DNA of 64,000 bases, from contig JASANG010000641.1 of NCBI GenBank assembly GCA_030248215.1, positions 124,001 through 188,000 of the forward strand, written 5' to 3'. The DNA is from Enoplolaimus lenunculus. Lineage: Eukaryota. Shown here one piece after another: positions 24,506 to 38,200 of the stretch. Every line of letters begins with the position of its first letter. The first letter of the stretch is position 1. Below the pieces are notes generated by a model, which saw only the letters and a list, made by a program, of their open reading frames with translations, did not search any database and was not told where the DNA came from. Position numbers and translations under genes: made by a program.

Positions 24506-26094
24506 AAAAAGTGCGCGAATGTTGTGTTGAAGATGTTGAAAAATGCGATACGAAAAAGTTACAGTATCAAAGGGGTCCATTTGAACCCTGTGGGCATGAG
24601 AGGGTTTTAAGAACAAAAATGTGTAAGCTTGGTTTTGAACCAAGGCTAGAATTCTGCACGTATGGAAAACATTCGTGGAATACATTCCTTCAAATGTTAT
24701 TTTTTATCCAGTTGTTCGAAAATCGCCAAGCTTGTCAGAAACGGTGATAGTTGTGACACATTTGAGAATACAGGCCTAGGGAAGCGAAATAGACAATTAT
24801 TTTAGTTCTCGTTAGTTGTTTTCTAGCCTACACGGGTAGCCAATAGCGTGAGAGACGCCTTATAATCCGTGAAACGTCGCATAAATCAACTAAAATACAG
24901 GATTTTAAGACATAATTGGCCCATCATTATCGATGCCTCAATTAGGCAGTGTCTTTACCCCTGACATATCAATTCTGATTGGGGCTGCCCTACTTGTTGC
25001 CAGTCGTTGCTGCTATTTTTAATTTATTCATCGGCTTTTGAGAGAGCCCACTCATAAAGCGATGATGTATGCAGTCTAAAATTCGTGACACTTATGATCG
25101 ACGATCCTGGAATTAAAATCTTGACATTTTTTACCCATTAATCAAGATTAAAAACTTAATTTTAAGACAAAAAAGCTTAAAAGTAATAGTGTTCTAAGAA
25201 TGTAATTTTTTTTTAATATTTAGTAATCGAATTTAGCAAAGCGGAATGCGTCCAGTTAATTGTGAGAAACGATCGGCCCTTTTTAAGGTTTCGAAATACG
25301 CGTGGTTTAATGTTTAATTTAGTCAAATAATCTAAAATTGTTTTCTGTTCTGTATTATGTATTGTCTTTTATTTATATTCATTTACTATCTATGGAAGCT
25401 GTTTGTGTTTATTTTTATTGTTTTTGTGTTTTACTGTGTTATTTTAACAACATAACCACATAAAGCGTATTTTGAATTTTTTTTCAGTGGACAATCAAGT
25501 CAGGATTGTGCTATACATTACTGTGACGGACGGCGCCGCACGCTGCTATGCGTTGCTTACAAAAATATAGGCAAAATCTGTTTGGTGGCGTGTGACAATT
25601 TTTGATCAACAAATTTTGTCGCACTGCACGCCAGCGTGTGTCCGACGATGGGTGACGAGTATTGCGTAACCCTAAGTGTTCATGTATTATACTCTGAGAG
25701 GTGCACCGATTTCGATTAACGTGAGTGCATTTATCAGGAATCAAATAACAGTCATAAAGACGGAATTTCCGTACTGAACCAAGGAAAATCTTGCAGTTCT
25801 GTAAGCTATTACATGTGGGCCAAATCGAGTAACGTTTAACTTTTTGGCAAAGGATGATGAAAGGTCTGAAGTCCCGGTTCCTACCTAGACTGACACGAAA
25901 GACATAAAATGTCAAAGAAAATTGTCACAAATTAAGTAAAACTTGCTCAATATTGTTAAAATCGCTGTACTTTTTTTAAGTTTAATTTGTCAAAATTTAT
26001 AGCTGTTGATGAGTTTAATTCAAAAATACAGTGTATAATTGCTTGTTTCATTTTCTTTTTAATAGCTTGTTGTATTTAGCGTCGTGGCAAATAA

Positions 26095-26155
26095 TTTTGT
26101 TTTTGTTGTTATTTTTGTTGTTGTTGTTTTGGTTGTTGGTGTTTGTTGTTGTTCT
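26095..26155. repeat. Imperfect (TTG)n microsatellite
   Basis: ttttgttgttatttttgttgttgttgttttggttgttggtgtttgttgttgtt. Confidence 0.6.
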
Positions 26156-28451
26156 TCTATAAGCAAATCCACTTATTTCTTGTCTTTTATTACGGTTACC
26201 TTTAATAATTAAAATTGATCGTTTAAAAAAGTTATTGTGCAGTAAAATGTTGCGTGAATTTTTTAAATATTAAACAACTGTAGTTGTACTGTACTTAATT
26301 GCCAAATTAATTCTCAAATCACTAAACAAATCTGACCTTCCTACACATTTGCGTTTAAGAGTGTTGTGAACCAATCACGGGATGTTCTTCTATAGAAATG
26401 TCAACCCATGCAAAGATCAGGGGCGGAACGTTTTTCTGTGGGACCAGAATAATGCACACTTAAGCTTTAGGCTAATTTTTTAGGCTTAGGCTTAAAGTAT
26501 GGGGTCATTCTGACGCTTAGGCTTATGCATCATCCACATTAAAACTTGTACACTAGGTGCAAAATCAGAAATTCATTTTCGGGCGTCCACTTTTGACTAA
26601 AATCAATTCCAACACTGACATATCAATTCACCTAGTCACTCATGGAATGCGCACAAAATCATTTTGCTCAATACCGCCATACCGTTGAATTTATTGTTGA
26701 CCTTTTTGTTGCATTAATTAGTATTGTTTACGCAAAAATAGCAACCAAAGTCAATTCCGTACATGGTTGCGATAATTAAACGCACGTTTAATGAATGCTT
26801 TTTACATCGTAAATTACAATTAACCTTAAAGGTGAAATTTCTTCGCTGTGCAAAAGGTGCATTCAAACACGGATAAAATTTTCTGTTAAAATTGTGATAG
26901 TGTTGTGGAAAGGATTTCTCATTTTGCACCTAGCGTTTAAGATTTAATGTGAATGATGTTCTAAGCATAGGCTTAGGTATAGGTTCATTCGGCCGCTTAG
27001 GCTTAGTCTTAAGCGTAGGGATATGCATAATACTGCTGTTCGGCCTCTGTTCTATACATTAACCCATATGTCAGAAAATCTGTTTAGGGCTCATAGTTAA
27101 CCGTAAATAACTTATATTTATACGGTTTTTAAGACATTTATGCTGTAATTTTTGTATTTGAAACAAAATCATCCTCTGTAATGAAAATTTTGCTTGGTTA
27201 TTTACGATTTTTTATAAACATTTACAAACCAGTGGGCAGACTGCAATGTTCATTGGCCGCGGAATAAACATCATTTAAACTATCATATTTAAGTATCGGT
27301 TATTCATTTTCGTTATTTTATCACTATCCGTTTTCGTTATTTTAAACATATATTTACAGCCGGTAAATTGTTAAGTAGACAAATCTAGTCTTTGAGACTA
27401 TGCCTCAGATTGGCCTATGTATAGATTAGGGGTAGACCGTCTTTGCATGGTGCTCCTATGGTCTAAGCTTAAGCTTTAGACTAGTTTTTTTCCAACTTAG
27501 ACTTAGGCTCACGTACAGGCTTGTCCTTACGCTTAGGGGAAGGCTTTGGGATATGCTTATGCTACTGTTACGGCCGTGTTCACAAGAACATGCGTTAAAA
27601 CGCTGCTACCGATTATTTAGCTGTATGTAAAATTCCTGCAAACTATTGAAGGCGCTTAAGCACTCTGCTGCGCCCACAGTTACTAGCCTACAACAGCAAA
27701 CTCGAGGAAATTAGCCCAATATGAGGAAGCGGAATCTCTTGAAAATCCGTTGATTTCAACGGTAAAACCCAAATGTAAAATCAATTTTCATTGTTACACT
27801 GTTGACACCTGCATCAGTAGAATTTTTAGACGAAAATGTTTCTATTTTAAATTGTCCATAGGCTGAAACGATTTTCATGTGTTTTTCATTTTAAATTAGA
27901 TTATTTTTGTTCAAAATTTTTTCAAAATTTCACAAATCGTGACGTCACATCGCAAAAATGCCCGATTGTCAAATATTACTCATATGCTCAAGTGTTTGTT
28001 TAATTAATCATTACCATCATTTAACATAGGGCTTTTAGACAAATTTTGGCAAACTTAGCCTCGCCTGTAGATTGTTTTAGGTTACATGTATGTTCCACCT
28101 GAATTTTTCAGTTTTGTCTAATGCAGGATCTACAGATAGCAGTAAATATATACGATGAGTGTCCGTTTCACGGTAAAACAAGTCCACCGTTGACTCCGGT
28201 ACAAATTTTGCCGAAGGTTTCAGTAATTCGGTAGTGAAAATTTCCGCATTTTTATCGTAGTTGCATTGTTGAGTAATATTGTTTGCCACTTTATCTAATC
28301 TGTAAAGTTTTTATTGCTAAGTAAATAATTTCTGACAACACTTAAACACAATATTAATTGTGTAATTTTGCCCAAAGGCCTGAGTAATTTGTCGACCTCC
28401 ATCTGCGAATGCAGTTTGTTTTTCGGCTCCAGCTTCTTGCGATTCCCTGCG

Positions 28452-28644
28452 CACTGTAAATTTTAGTGAATTGATTTAAACTCAAAATAAATTGAATCAT
28501 TCAATCTGAGTTAGGACTATCAGAACTCAATATTTTGAGTTGATTCAATTCATTCTGAACTAATTAATCAACTTACCCAGGGTCAACTCATCTAAGAGTG
28601 AGAATTTGCTCAACTCAGAATGAAAATCATTGGAAGTTACAGTG
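28452..28644. mobile_element. MITE family C (CACTGTAAATTT...TTACAGTG, 2-bp TSD)
   Basis: cg|cactgtaaatttt ... gttacagtg|cg; the interior is rich in gagttga/tcaactc motifs. Confidence 0.75.
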
Positions 28645-29576
28645 CGGTATTTATGGACTTGGTACAAGATTTAGACCTTTGCCTATGACCGATATTCAAA
28701 CTAATATAAATCTGTGCTTTAAATTGTGTTAATACCAACGTTCTTGTTGCAAACGTTAATTCACTCGACTGAAATAAATCTTCCAGCAATACGGTATATA
28801 TGGTACACATCATTGAGAATACAGGCAAAAAATTTAGTTTTAAATTTGAAAATTCATTTTATGTATAATTCACAATAATTTGATTACACTGTTTTGAAAA
28901 TACAGATTTTTCGTCAAAATACGACAATTTATAGTCAATTTCATATACTCGGAGCTAACGAACACTGCATCAGTCATCGTAAAACTTTTAGCTTCACTCG
29001 AGTTAAAATTTCACGCAAACATCACAGCACAAAAAATCTCTATTGACAACGGTTAAAAGTTTGCACTGAACATTTGATACGACACAGCGGATTACACGAA
29101 TTATTGCGATTTCATATTTGAAAAAGTGCTATTCACGCCCCGAACAAGCTATCTGCAAGACTGATCGAACGTGTGAGATTAAAGACGTCTACAAACAAAC
29201 GTGTTGTCAGACTTTTATTTCGGGAGTGGATAAAGCTCATTTAAATTTAGCTTATGAGCAAGCGTGACGTGTGAAAAAAATTCATTCGACACTAGGATAC
29301 TTGTCGGCTTTTCTAGAACCTACAAAGGTGTCGGTTTATCTCGTCTATACAAAGTTTCCGAACATGATGTCCCCTTTGTTCATCCCTTGTATTGCGATTG
29401 TCGGTAAAATCAAGTGTGTCTGTCAGTTTGAAGAGTTTCATAGCTAAATACGCTTGTTTAAATGTTGTAATATCTTCTGGTCGAGTGTTGACGTACCAAT
29501 TTTCGCAATTTTACCTGTTGAAAAGCTGTGCTCAAACTGAAGCCTGTTTATTAGCTAGAGTGTGCAGTGGCGGATT

Positions 29577-29827
29577 CACTGTAAATTTCAGTGGGTTGGC
29601 TTTAACTCAGAATAAGTTGAATCGGTTGAGAAGTGTGAGCTCTGAATTAGGTCTTTCACAACTCACAATTGTGAATTGATTGCACTCATTCTGAGTAAAT
29701 TAGTTAACTACCTTAGACTTAAATCAGCTCAGAGTAAGTTTCTGTTTACTGTTATTAACTCAGAAATAGCCAGAAATAACCAATTTTCCCTCTTAGTTGA
29801 TTAATCAACTCATTGGAATTTACAATG
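29577..29827. mobile_element. MITE family C
   Basis: tt|cactgtaaatttcagtg ... ggaatttacaatg|tt. Confidence 0.75.
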
Positions 29828-31652
29828 TTCGTAATTTTTTTAAATGGAGTCAGCGAAAAGGGCGTCGCTACGAGGGGCGCATTGGGGGCTGTGCCACACC
29901 TAATTTATCTGGTGCCTTCTCAAACAGACTCGATCTAAACGTAAACAATCTTCAATTGCAATTGTAGGGAGCTTCCAAATATATTCATTGCCCCCTAATA
30001 TATCTACGGACACCCCTGTCATGTGATACATAATAGTAAAACAAGCTCGCGAGCGAAGCGATCGAGAAGCGAAACGCAACTTTGCAATCTTAAAACAACA
30101 TTTTGTTTTTAATCTCTGTTCGGTGAGATAGGAATGCACACTCCGTTAGGTCTGTCTATGCCAAGGTGCAACCGAGAGTGAAACTATTATCGGAACCGGA
30201 TGTCAATAAAATTTGCCGGAGCTGAATGTGAAATCGGAGGTGAACCTAAATTTGGTGCTTAAAATAATGTTTAATTTGTAAATTTCACTAAAAATCAGTG
30301 AAGTAAAGAGCAAAAACTGTGAGCTGTAGGCTTATTTGTTAACAAATCCAAAAAAATTTCAAAATCTGTGACCACTTGAGTCTAAACGCACCAAAGAGTA
30401 CCATTTTTGTCAAACTATGAAAAAATCACTACAGAAATTGCAAGAACCTCCGGCAAAAATTCTACCGAACTCGAAGACGGAGTTCGGTTTTTTTCGCAAC
30501 CAGAACTGAAGCTAAAACCGGAGGGGCACCACTGACTGTACTCGCCATGGTTTAAGCTAGGGCGTTATACTCCGAAATATCGATGTTTTGCCTTAAGGGT
30601 TACAAATTTGGCTTAAATTTTAGACGTAAGTTAGTGCAATGACGTATTCAAATTAATATTGGCAGAACCTAAATATTAGATTGTTCTCGTTGTCTTTCCG
30701 TTGTATACTCATGTATTTAAACCTAAAATATGAATAATTCGTATTTACCATTTCGGTATAGCATCTGCCTACTGTTACCCGTATCCTTGAAATAATGTAA
30801 ACAAAAAAACAGTTGTCTTGCAACTGCACGCTATTTACATGCATGTCAATCGACCGAGCGTCAAGCCCGTAGCCAGCTTACCTTTCAAGGGGGGGGGGGG
30901 CTAAAAAATTTGTAGGAAGGGCATTCAATGGTTGTTAATGAGTTACAAGCAGGGTTGAAAACTTTCTAGGGGGGGCCAAGTTTCTTCCAGGGGACTGAGC
31001 CCCCCGTGGCCCCTCCTTGGCGACGGGCCCGCCTAGCGTTTGTAATATAGTTAAAAATACTGATTTAGCTTTAAGGTAATCATTTGGGATACGCCAAACC
31101 AGTTTTACTGGACCATAATTCGTGAACCAAAGTGATTATAAGGCATTAATATAGCATCTTACGAAATAAGTTTTGCAAGCTGAGTTGAATGGTACGTTAA
31201 AATTGTACGCAATCAGTTGGTATATTTCAATTCGTCGTTATTGGGCCATAATTTGTGAAACAATTGCTGAATTGCGGTCAATTTAAATTGACTCAGCATT
31301 GCAATCTGTATCGAACAGGTACCTAGCATTTGGATTTTCCCACCAAAAAATCCTGGGATTGAAACTAGTATTCACTTGTAAAATCTTACAAATATTGTTC
31401 AAATTTTTTCCGCGCCGATGGAGAATATATTAAGACTTCAAATAAATTGTCATATATCTACATTTAAGCGTTGAATGCTTACAGAAACTAGGTTTCAGAA
31501 GCTGAAATACGCAAGTAATTTTTAAACGGAAAAATATGAGCATGTACACGTGAAAAAACTCGTTGCAACCGATTGCAAAATTGCAATACTTTATTTTGAT
31601 TTACCTATACGACGCTATTGACGTTTCATATAACTGGAAAACTAGTATCTTA

Positions 31653-31852
31653 GCCCATGTAAACATCAAGGACGGAACGTTTTCCTGCATGACTGCAATA
31701 TAGTTAAGCTTTCGATTATTTTTTGCTTAGACTTAGGCTTAGGCTAGGATTAGCTCTACGCTCATCGTTATGTTTAGATTTAGGTTTAGTCAATTAGGCG
31801 TAGGCTTAAGAATATGCGTATACCACTGTTACGGCCTTGTTCTATACATTGG
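31653..31852. mobile_element. MITE family D (TTAGGC-containing)
   Basis: gcccatgtaaacatcaaggacggaacg ... ttaggc repeats ... ttctatacattggc. Confidence 0.75.
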
Positions 31853-33574
31853 CTGGCCAATGTTACTTTCAGGGACGTATAACAGTATATTAAGCGTATT
31901 CCAAAGACAAAGCCTAAGCCTAAGCCTTGCAACAATGAGTTCCTAAGCCTAAGCCTAAGACTAAGACTAAGCAACAAAATGTAATCTAGAATCTAAACCT
32001 ACTCTGTTATAGACCCACCAGAAACCTGGACGCCGCTAATCGTAACATGGGCCCATTGGACAATAACTTTTCTGCCTTCGGCTGCAACCCTTCAAAATAT
32101 ATATTCACAAAATTGCCTTTGGGCTGATTTCTTCAACGTTGTCCGTCAATGTTTCAATCGCGTTTTTTCTGTATTTTTTAAGGAATTCTTTACTTTTTTT
32201 CTACTCCAAACGCTGTTGTTTTTTGTGTTAAGCTGTTGTATTCAAACAAATTGCTACAAGTAGCATTAATATTATAGTTTTGTCAATACAAGATGGATAT
32301 TTTCTTACGTCACATAAGCTGCGCAGCCGGTCGCCGCTCACTTGACTCAGTATTAAATCAAACGTATTCGCTATCACTTGAATTGCAAAATGTTTTCTTT
32401 TATGTTCATCGTTGAACAAGAAAAACACAAATTTAAATGCAATGATTGGCCGTATTCCAACGCAAACGCTGCGTAATACCGAGCAGAAATCTCTGGAGGC
32501 ACCAGAAAAGGCACACACTATTACACGCTTAAAATAACTTTTTACTGAATCGCAGATCTGAACTATTTTTCTCGCTTGCAATATCGGATACCAACACCTC
32601 CTGGGTGTGTAAAAGCAAAAAGATTGCAATACATGTGCACATATACCGGAATAAGAAGTTGTTGCAATGACTTCACGGCGTGGTCGTTGTATTTGGGCAA
32701 ACCTTTGAACCGGCATGAAACAGACCGTGTTGTTTCAATAATACCTTCCAGAAATGTAATTGTAGCTACGCCTTTGATGGTATACAGTGTAATTTAGCGA
32801 GTATTAACTGTAACTAAACTGCAGTATTGAGTTAATATTTGGTTTTTGAAAGTATTTTTCGTTACAGTTGGTTCACAATTGTGTTTGATACGTCAGTGTT
32901 TGGACGCAAATTTTTTCTTTGAAAGCTATGAAATTTTCAAGTGGTGTGTTTCTTGCGATTCGTACAACATTTTCAAATATCGTTTTAAATTTGAAATTCG
33001 ACTGATCACACCGATTTGGGGGCTGTTTTTATGCTGTTTTCGCAGTTAAATTTTCAAAAATTTGAGTGCCATATTGCACGCGATAATTTAAAGTTCGGTG
33101 TTTTCAGTGTGTCGAAGAATTATTTTTAACTTTTAGCTGTCTGTACCCAAGAACCAATTCATTTTAGAAATTATTTTTAGAAACTCGGTTTGCCTACGTA
33201 AGGAATCAGATGGGTAATCAGTTTAACCAATTATAGGCAAGGGCATAGCCAGGATTTCACATTTCTGAAACGGTAATCATATGTTCCTAATAATTTTACA
33301 TGCATAAGCTTTGCGGACGAAAAACAGTTTTGAAATTTGCAGATTTAGTCTACAGCTTGTAAAAGTGTATGTATTCGGCCTTTCCAATATTTTCCGAGGC
33401 GATATAATTGTCTATCTCCTTTGGAGCTTTAAAAGTAGAATTCAAATTATATTAATTTAAAAATTTAAAATCTTAAATTCAAAAGTAAACCCTACTCATG
33501 CGGTGTTTCACTGGCGGTAACGTTTTCGTCTCGTGACTAACCTCCGGACAATGTTGTGTTTATTAGGCTTAGTT

Positions 33575-33827
33575 CTCTGTAAATTCAAACGAGTTGATTA
33601 ATCAATTCAGGGCAGCGAGTTGGTTATTTCTGAATTAATATCAGTAAACATTAACTCACTCTCAGTTGAGTTGATTCTCATTCTGAGTTCAGTTGACTCT
33701 GGGTGAGTATATTAATTAACTCAGAATGAATTGGATCAGCTCAATGTTCTGAGTTGTAATAGTCCTAACTTAAACTGAATGATGCAAATCATTCCGAGTT
33801 AAAATCAACTTACTGACATTTACAGTG
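33575..33827. mobile_element. MITE family C
   Basis: tt|ctctgtaaattc ... catttacagtg|tt; the interior matches the copies at 36443 and 43027. Confidence 0.75.
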
Positions 33828-35288
33828 TTTTAGACTTATGCCAAGGCTTAGCATTGGGTACGAATATGATTAGACAACTTTATCGCCATGACACTTACCA
33901 TTGGCTGTAATGCTGTTCACTGTTCGCCAGCGGTTCATTTAACTGGATATGTCCATTGTGGAATTTTCATTTTTTTTAATAAATTAAGTATTTATTTTCT
34001 ACTTTTAATATATTTAAAAGTTTAATCATTTCAAGTTTGTAACAAATCATAACTACAAAACTGTTCGGAAAACAATGAAAAATATGCATTTTTGAGTGAA
34101 ATTTAACACAAATCGTTACGCTCATTTGATCGCTTTGAAATTTTGTTTCTACGCGCCGCAAAAGGCCATCAAGACAGATGAGTGAAGACACCAATAGGCT
34201 ACTTAAAAAGCATAAAAGATTCTCATAATTATTGAAGAAAACAATTTGAACATATACAGTACAATTTTGTCTCAAGTTTTCCAAATATTAAAGATAAAAT
34301 GATGATGTTTTTTCACTAATCATCCTCGTATTGTTCTGTTTTGTCTGGGCGTTGAATGAGAAAAAATGTTTTTTTTTTGCTATTTTCCTTTTTGAAGTAG
34401 GCGAAACATTGTTGGAAATTAAAAAATATTAATGATTTAGAATTTTAGTTTAAAGTTTAACATTGAATAGTATATACGTTTAAGACAAATATTTCAAAGC
34501 TTACTCGTATCGTTCTTCGTCTACGCATTGTAGCAGATAGAACATGGTGGTAAGGAAAAGTGATTCAAAGGTAGAATTTAATTTAATAAAATAGACTAAA
34601 ACAAAGTCTCATGTCACTTTTAGGAGCTTACCAACCAAGAGACTAGGATACTGCGGGATTTTCGGACAGGGACGCTTAGGCGTAGGATTACGTCCATGAC
34701 TAGGATTGCGCTTAGAGCTAGTTTTACGCTTGTTCATAGGCATAGGCTTTTACGGTAAAGCAGGAACCTAAGTCGATTAAAATGCATCACTCTGTTGATA
34801 TTTAATACTCAGCTGTGCTCATCTGCAACGTCAAAGCATATAATGCGACATTATAACGTGATTTTTATACCATGTATGCGTGTTAACTTACGATCCTGAT
34901 AAGCCTTAGCTAAATATTGGACGAAAACTCTGAATACACCAATTGTTCGAAAACTCAAAATCAGTTTTACCACAGCCCAAACAGTTTGAAATTAACTGTA
35001 AACGTTGTTTAGAAAAGTAGTTTTCAGGTATTAGCTTAATTATAATAATATTATTAATAGTTTACTATTTAACAAACAGTCCAACACCAATTAATTATAC
35101 GACGACAGCTACAATTTGCCTTTTAAAATGTGTTTTTTATTTTTGAATCGACATATTCCCAGTTCAAACGAAACTCAAAAATATTAATTTATACTCGACT
35201 CTTTCGTTAAATTGTGCTCCAAAATTAAGGCTTTAAACGGTCCCGTTGACAACAAATACAATATCACCATTGTCTCTGGTTTCACTAA

Positions 35289-38200
35289 ATGCGTCCGTAT
35301 ATTATGATCATGACATATTCATTCCTTCGACGTCACACACGGTATAGAAATTACAATTGCCGGTCTGTTTTGCTGTTGGTGAGTACACTTTACACCTGAG
35401 CTCGTAGCCGAATTAAGCATATAGTTTCGCCCCCTGGAACAAATTTGGCACCTTGCAAAAGCTTATACCTATTTGCTACACTGCAAAAATTGGTGAGTCA
35501 AATTGACTCTCCCCGAAATAGGCTTTTCCGGACTCACAAACTGAGTCAAAATTCGTCTCCTCAGTCAAATTTGACTCACTGAGCAACTCATTAAGTCGAA
35601 TTTGACTCCGGCGGAGTCAAATTTTGACTCAGTTTGTGTACTCCAGAAAAGCTTATTTCGGACCGACTCAATTTGACTCACCGTTTTTTGCAGTGTACGT
35701 GTACCTTGAGCATGGTCTTTCAATTTTTACAAGCTCAGTCTAATACGTTTGCTGTCTACTGGACGCTGTTCCGGGCCGACCTTCTAAAAACGTTATCGAA
35801 TCTTTGTGCTTGCATAAAAGGATGAATAAAACATTGCCACAATATTTTTGAAATAACATTTAACATAACGCATATAGCGGTAAGTTGCAAATTAAATTGA
35901 AACTTAAAGCTCAAACTTAACCTTTTTTATTGCATTAAAAAATTTTTTTCATCAATTCAGAGGACCATGTAATGATCAGGGGCGGAACGTTTTTTGGTGC
36001 GACTGCAATAGAGTAAGCTCAAGCTATAGACTATTCTTTGTGCTTGGTTTGGCTTAGGAATATGCTCATTCGGTCGCTTAGGCTATAGGCTTAGGCTTAG
36101 GAATATGCTTATAATACTGTTCCGCCTCTGTTCTTTACATTGTCGCCGTCAGATAATATATTCAACACTATGCACCGCCCAAATTTCTTAAGAGACAAGC
36201 AAAAAGCAGTTTTAACAGGCTTTAGAATGACCTGGTGGAGACGAGAGGTTAAAATAATTTTATTTTTATCCGAAATAAAATATATTGGCTATACGCTTCT
36301 GTGCAAAGCTAAGCTTTATATTATTTTTCTAGCTTCATTTGCTACACTTTGCCTTGCAATGCGAAAGGCTCGGCGCTAAAGGTACGTGTACCCCATTTCT
36401 TTATTATGTTAAAGGAAACTATTTTGCTACGACTAGTTTTTTCACTATAAATTCCAACGAGTTGATTAATCAATTCAGCTAGCAATTGGTTATTTCTGAA
36501 TTAATAACAGTAAACATTAACTCACTGAGTTGAGCGGATTTTCGCTCTGAGTTGTGTTGACTCTGGGTAAGTTGAATAATTAATTCAGAATGAATTTGAA
36601 TCAACTCAAAATTCTGAGTTTTGATAGTCCTAACTCAGACTGAGTGATTCCATTTGATATTGTGAGTTAAAAGCAACTCACTGAAATTTACAGTGTAGCA
36701 TGTATTATGATTATAATAAGCGACACAACTTGCTTAACTGGGTCGCTCGAAACGGTTTCCTATTTGTTTAAAATTCTTTCAGAGATGTAAATGAAAGACA
36801 TACGATTTTTGGTTGACGCAAATTTTATGAAAACTTGTCGTTTTTACATATTTAAACAACGACAAATAAATGTGTTGCAGAAATACTGACAAGCGTAATA
36901 GCACAGTTAATTAATGCCGCCTAGAAAATAACGATACAGCAGGGATTTCAACAGTTTTCTTTGTCAAACTTCTGCCTTACCATGAAAAGATTAGGGAAAG
37001 AATGTTTGTCTGCGAAAAGATCAGGGACGGAACGTTTTTTCTGTGGGACTGCAATAGAGTTCTTATGGTATTCTATTTGCTCACATTCTTCGCGTTCTTG
37101 TAGAGATTATATTTTTCCTTGGTCTGGAACAATATGTTAACAGCTTTCAAAGAGGTCCTAAAACAAATTGCGGCGAAACCGTGTGACAAAATGTGTGATT
37201 TATGAGCTCTTAGTTCTTAACTACAACAATTTTGTTGATTCACTGAACAATTTTGTTGATTCACTGATCATCCATCGGCAAACAAATGGTCTGTTTTGAT
37301 AGTTCCCTGATAAAGAGTTTTTTGCAACGTAAATCGAGCGAGCCACATCTATGCACTATAAAACTACACAATTTTATTGACTGCAGAAGAAAAAAATTTC
37401 CGCGGATAAGGCACAACGCGGGTAAAAATCATTACCCACTTACACCTTTGTTTATACTACTTTATTGGCCTACTGTAGGAACCCGATTACGACGCGGGTA
37501 ACAAGAGGGGTCCCCATTTTGAGTCTCAATCAATAGGAGTTCGTATCCCTAATAAGAGCACGTAAACGGATAGAATCCTAAACTCTAATAACACTCCATA
37601 AATTTCAATCATCCCTAATTGTTCTGCATAATTCACAGTACACAAAATTAAGCTGAGTTAGAAACTTTAAAGCATGCTTAAGTTTATAATGTGCACTCCT
37701 AAGTGTAAGATTGCATTGTCGCTCAAGCTTTTGAATGACAAATATACGTTTGATTCAAAAGATAGTTGCACTACCGGATATATCTGTAACGAAGTGCGAT
37801 GGAAGGCGGATTTAAAATAAATAACAGTTCGTAACCGAATAACAGGGTTACCCTCTGGAGAGGCCAAATAAATACCAGTTCCCCCTCTTATTCGGGTCAC
37901 TACAGTAACCAATAAACAGAACTGATGCAACGTAAACAAGTTGCCATATTGGAGTGTCGCATTGTTATTAACCAAGATATATCCGACGAATCCGATGCAT
38001 ACACAAGTCTCCGAGATGTACTTGATGAATACGAACGTAAACTATTCGAGCAACCACACTCTGACGCTGTTTTGGAGTCATTTGAATGGCAGCCCAACCC
38101 TAAATTTGGCTCTCGACTCGAAACGAACCAGCTCACCACTCAACAACGAACTCATCATAAAAATTGGATGAATTCAGGTATAGAATTGAACATTTTGCTA

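Noticed and set aside
23250..24747. ORFs overlapping the opsin's last exon on both strands
   Set aside because: Shadow frames with no recognisable motifs.
32228..32797. 162-aa minus ORF and 73-aa plus ORF
   Set aside because: No motifs, no convincing splice sites and non-ATG starts.
37224..37268. 21-bp direct repeat aacaattttgttgattcactg x2
   Set aside because: A simple tandem duplication with no spacers; not CRISPR-like.
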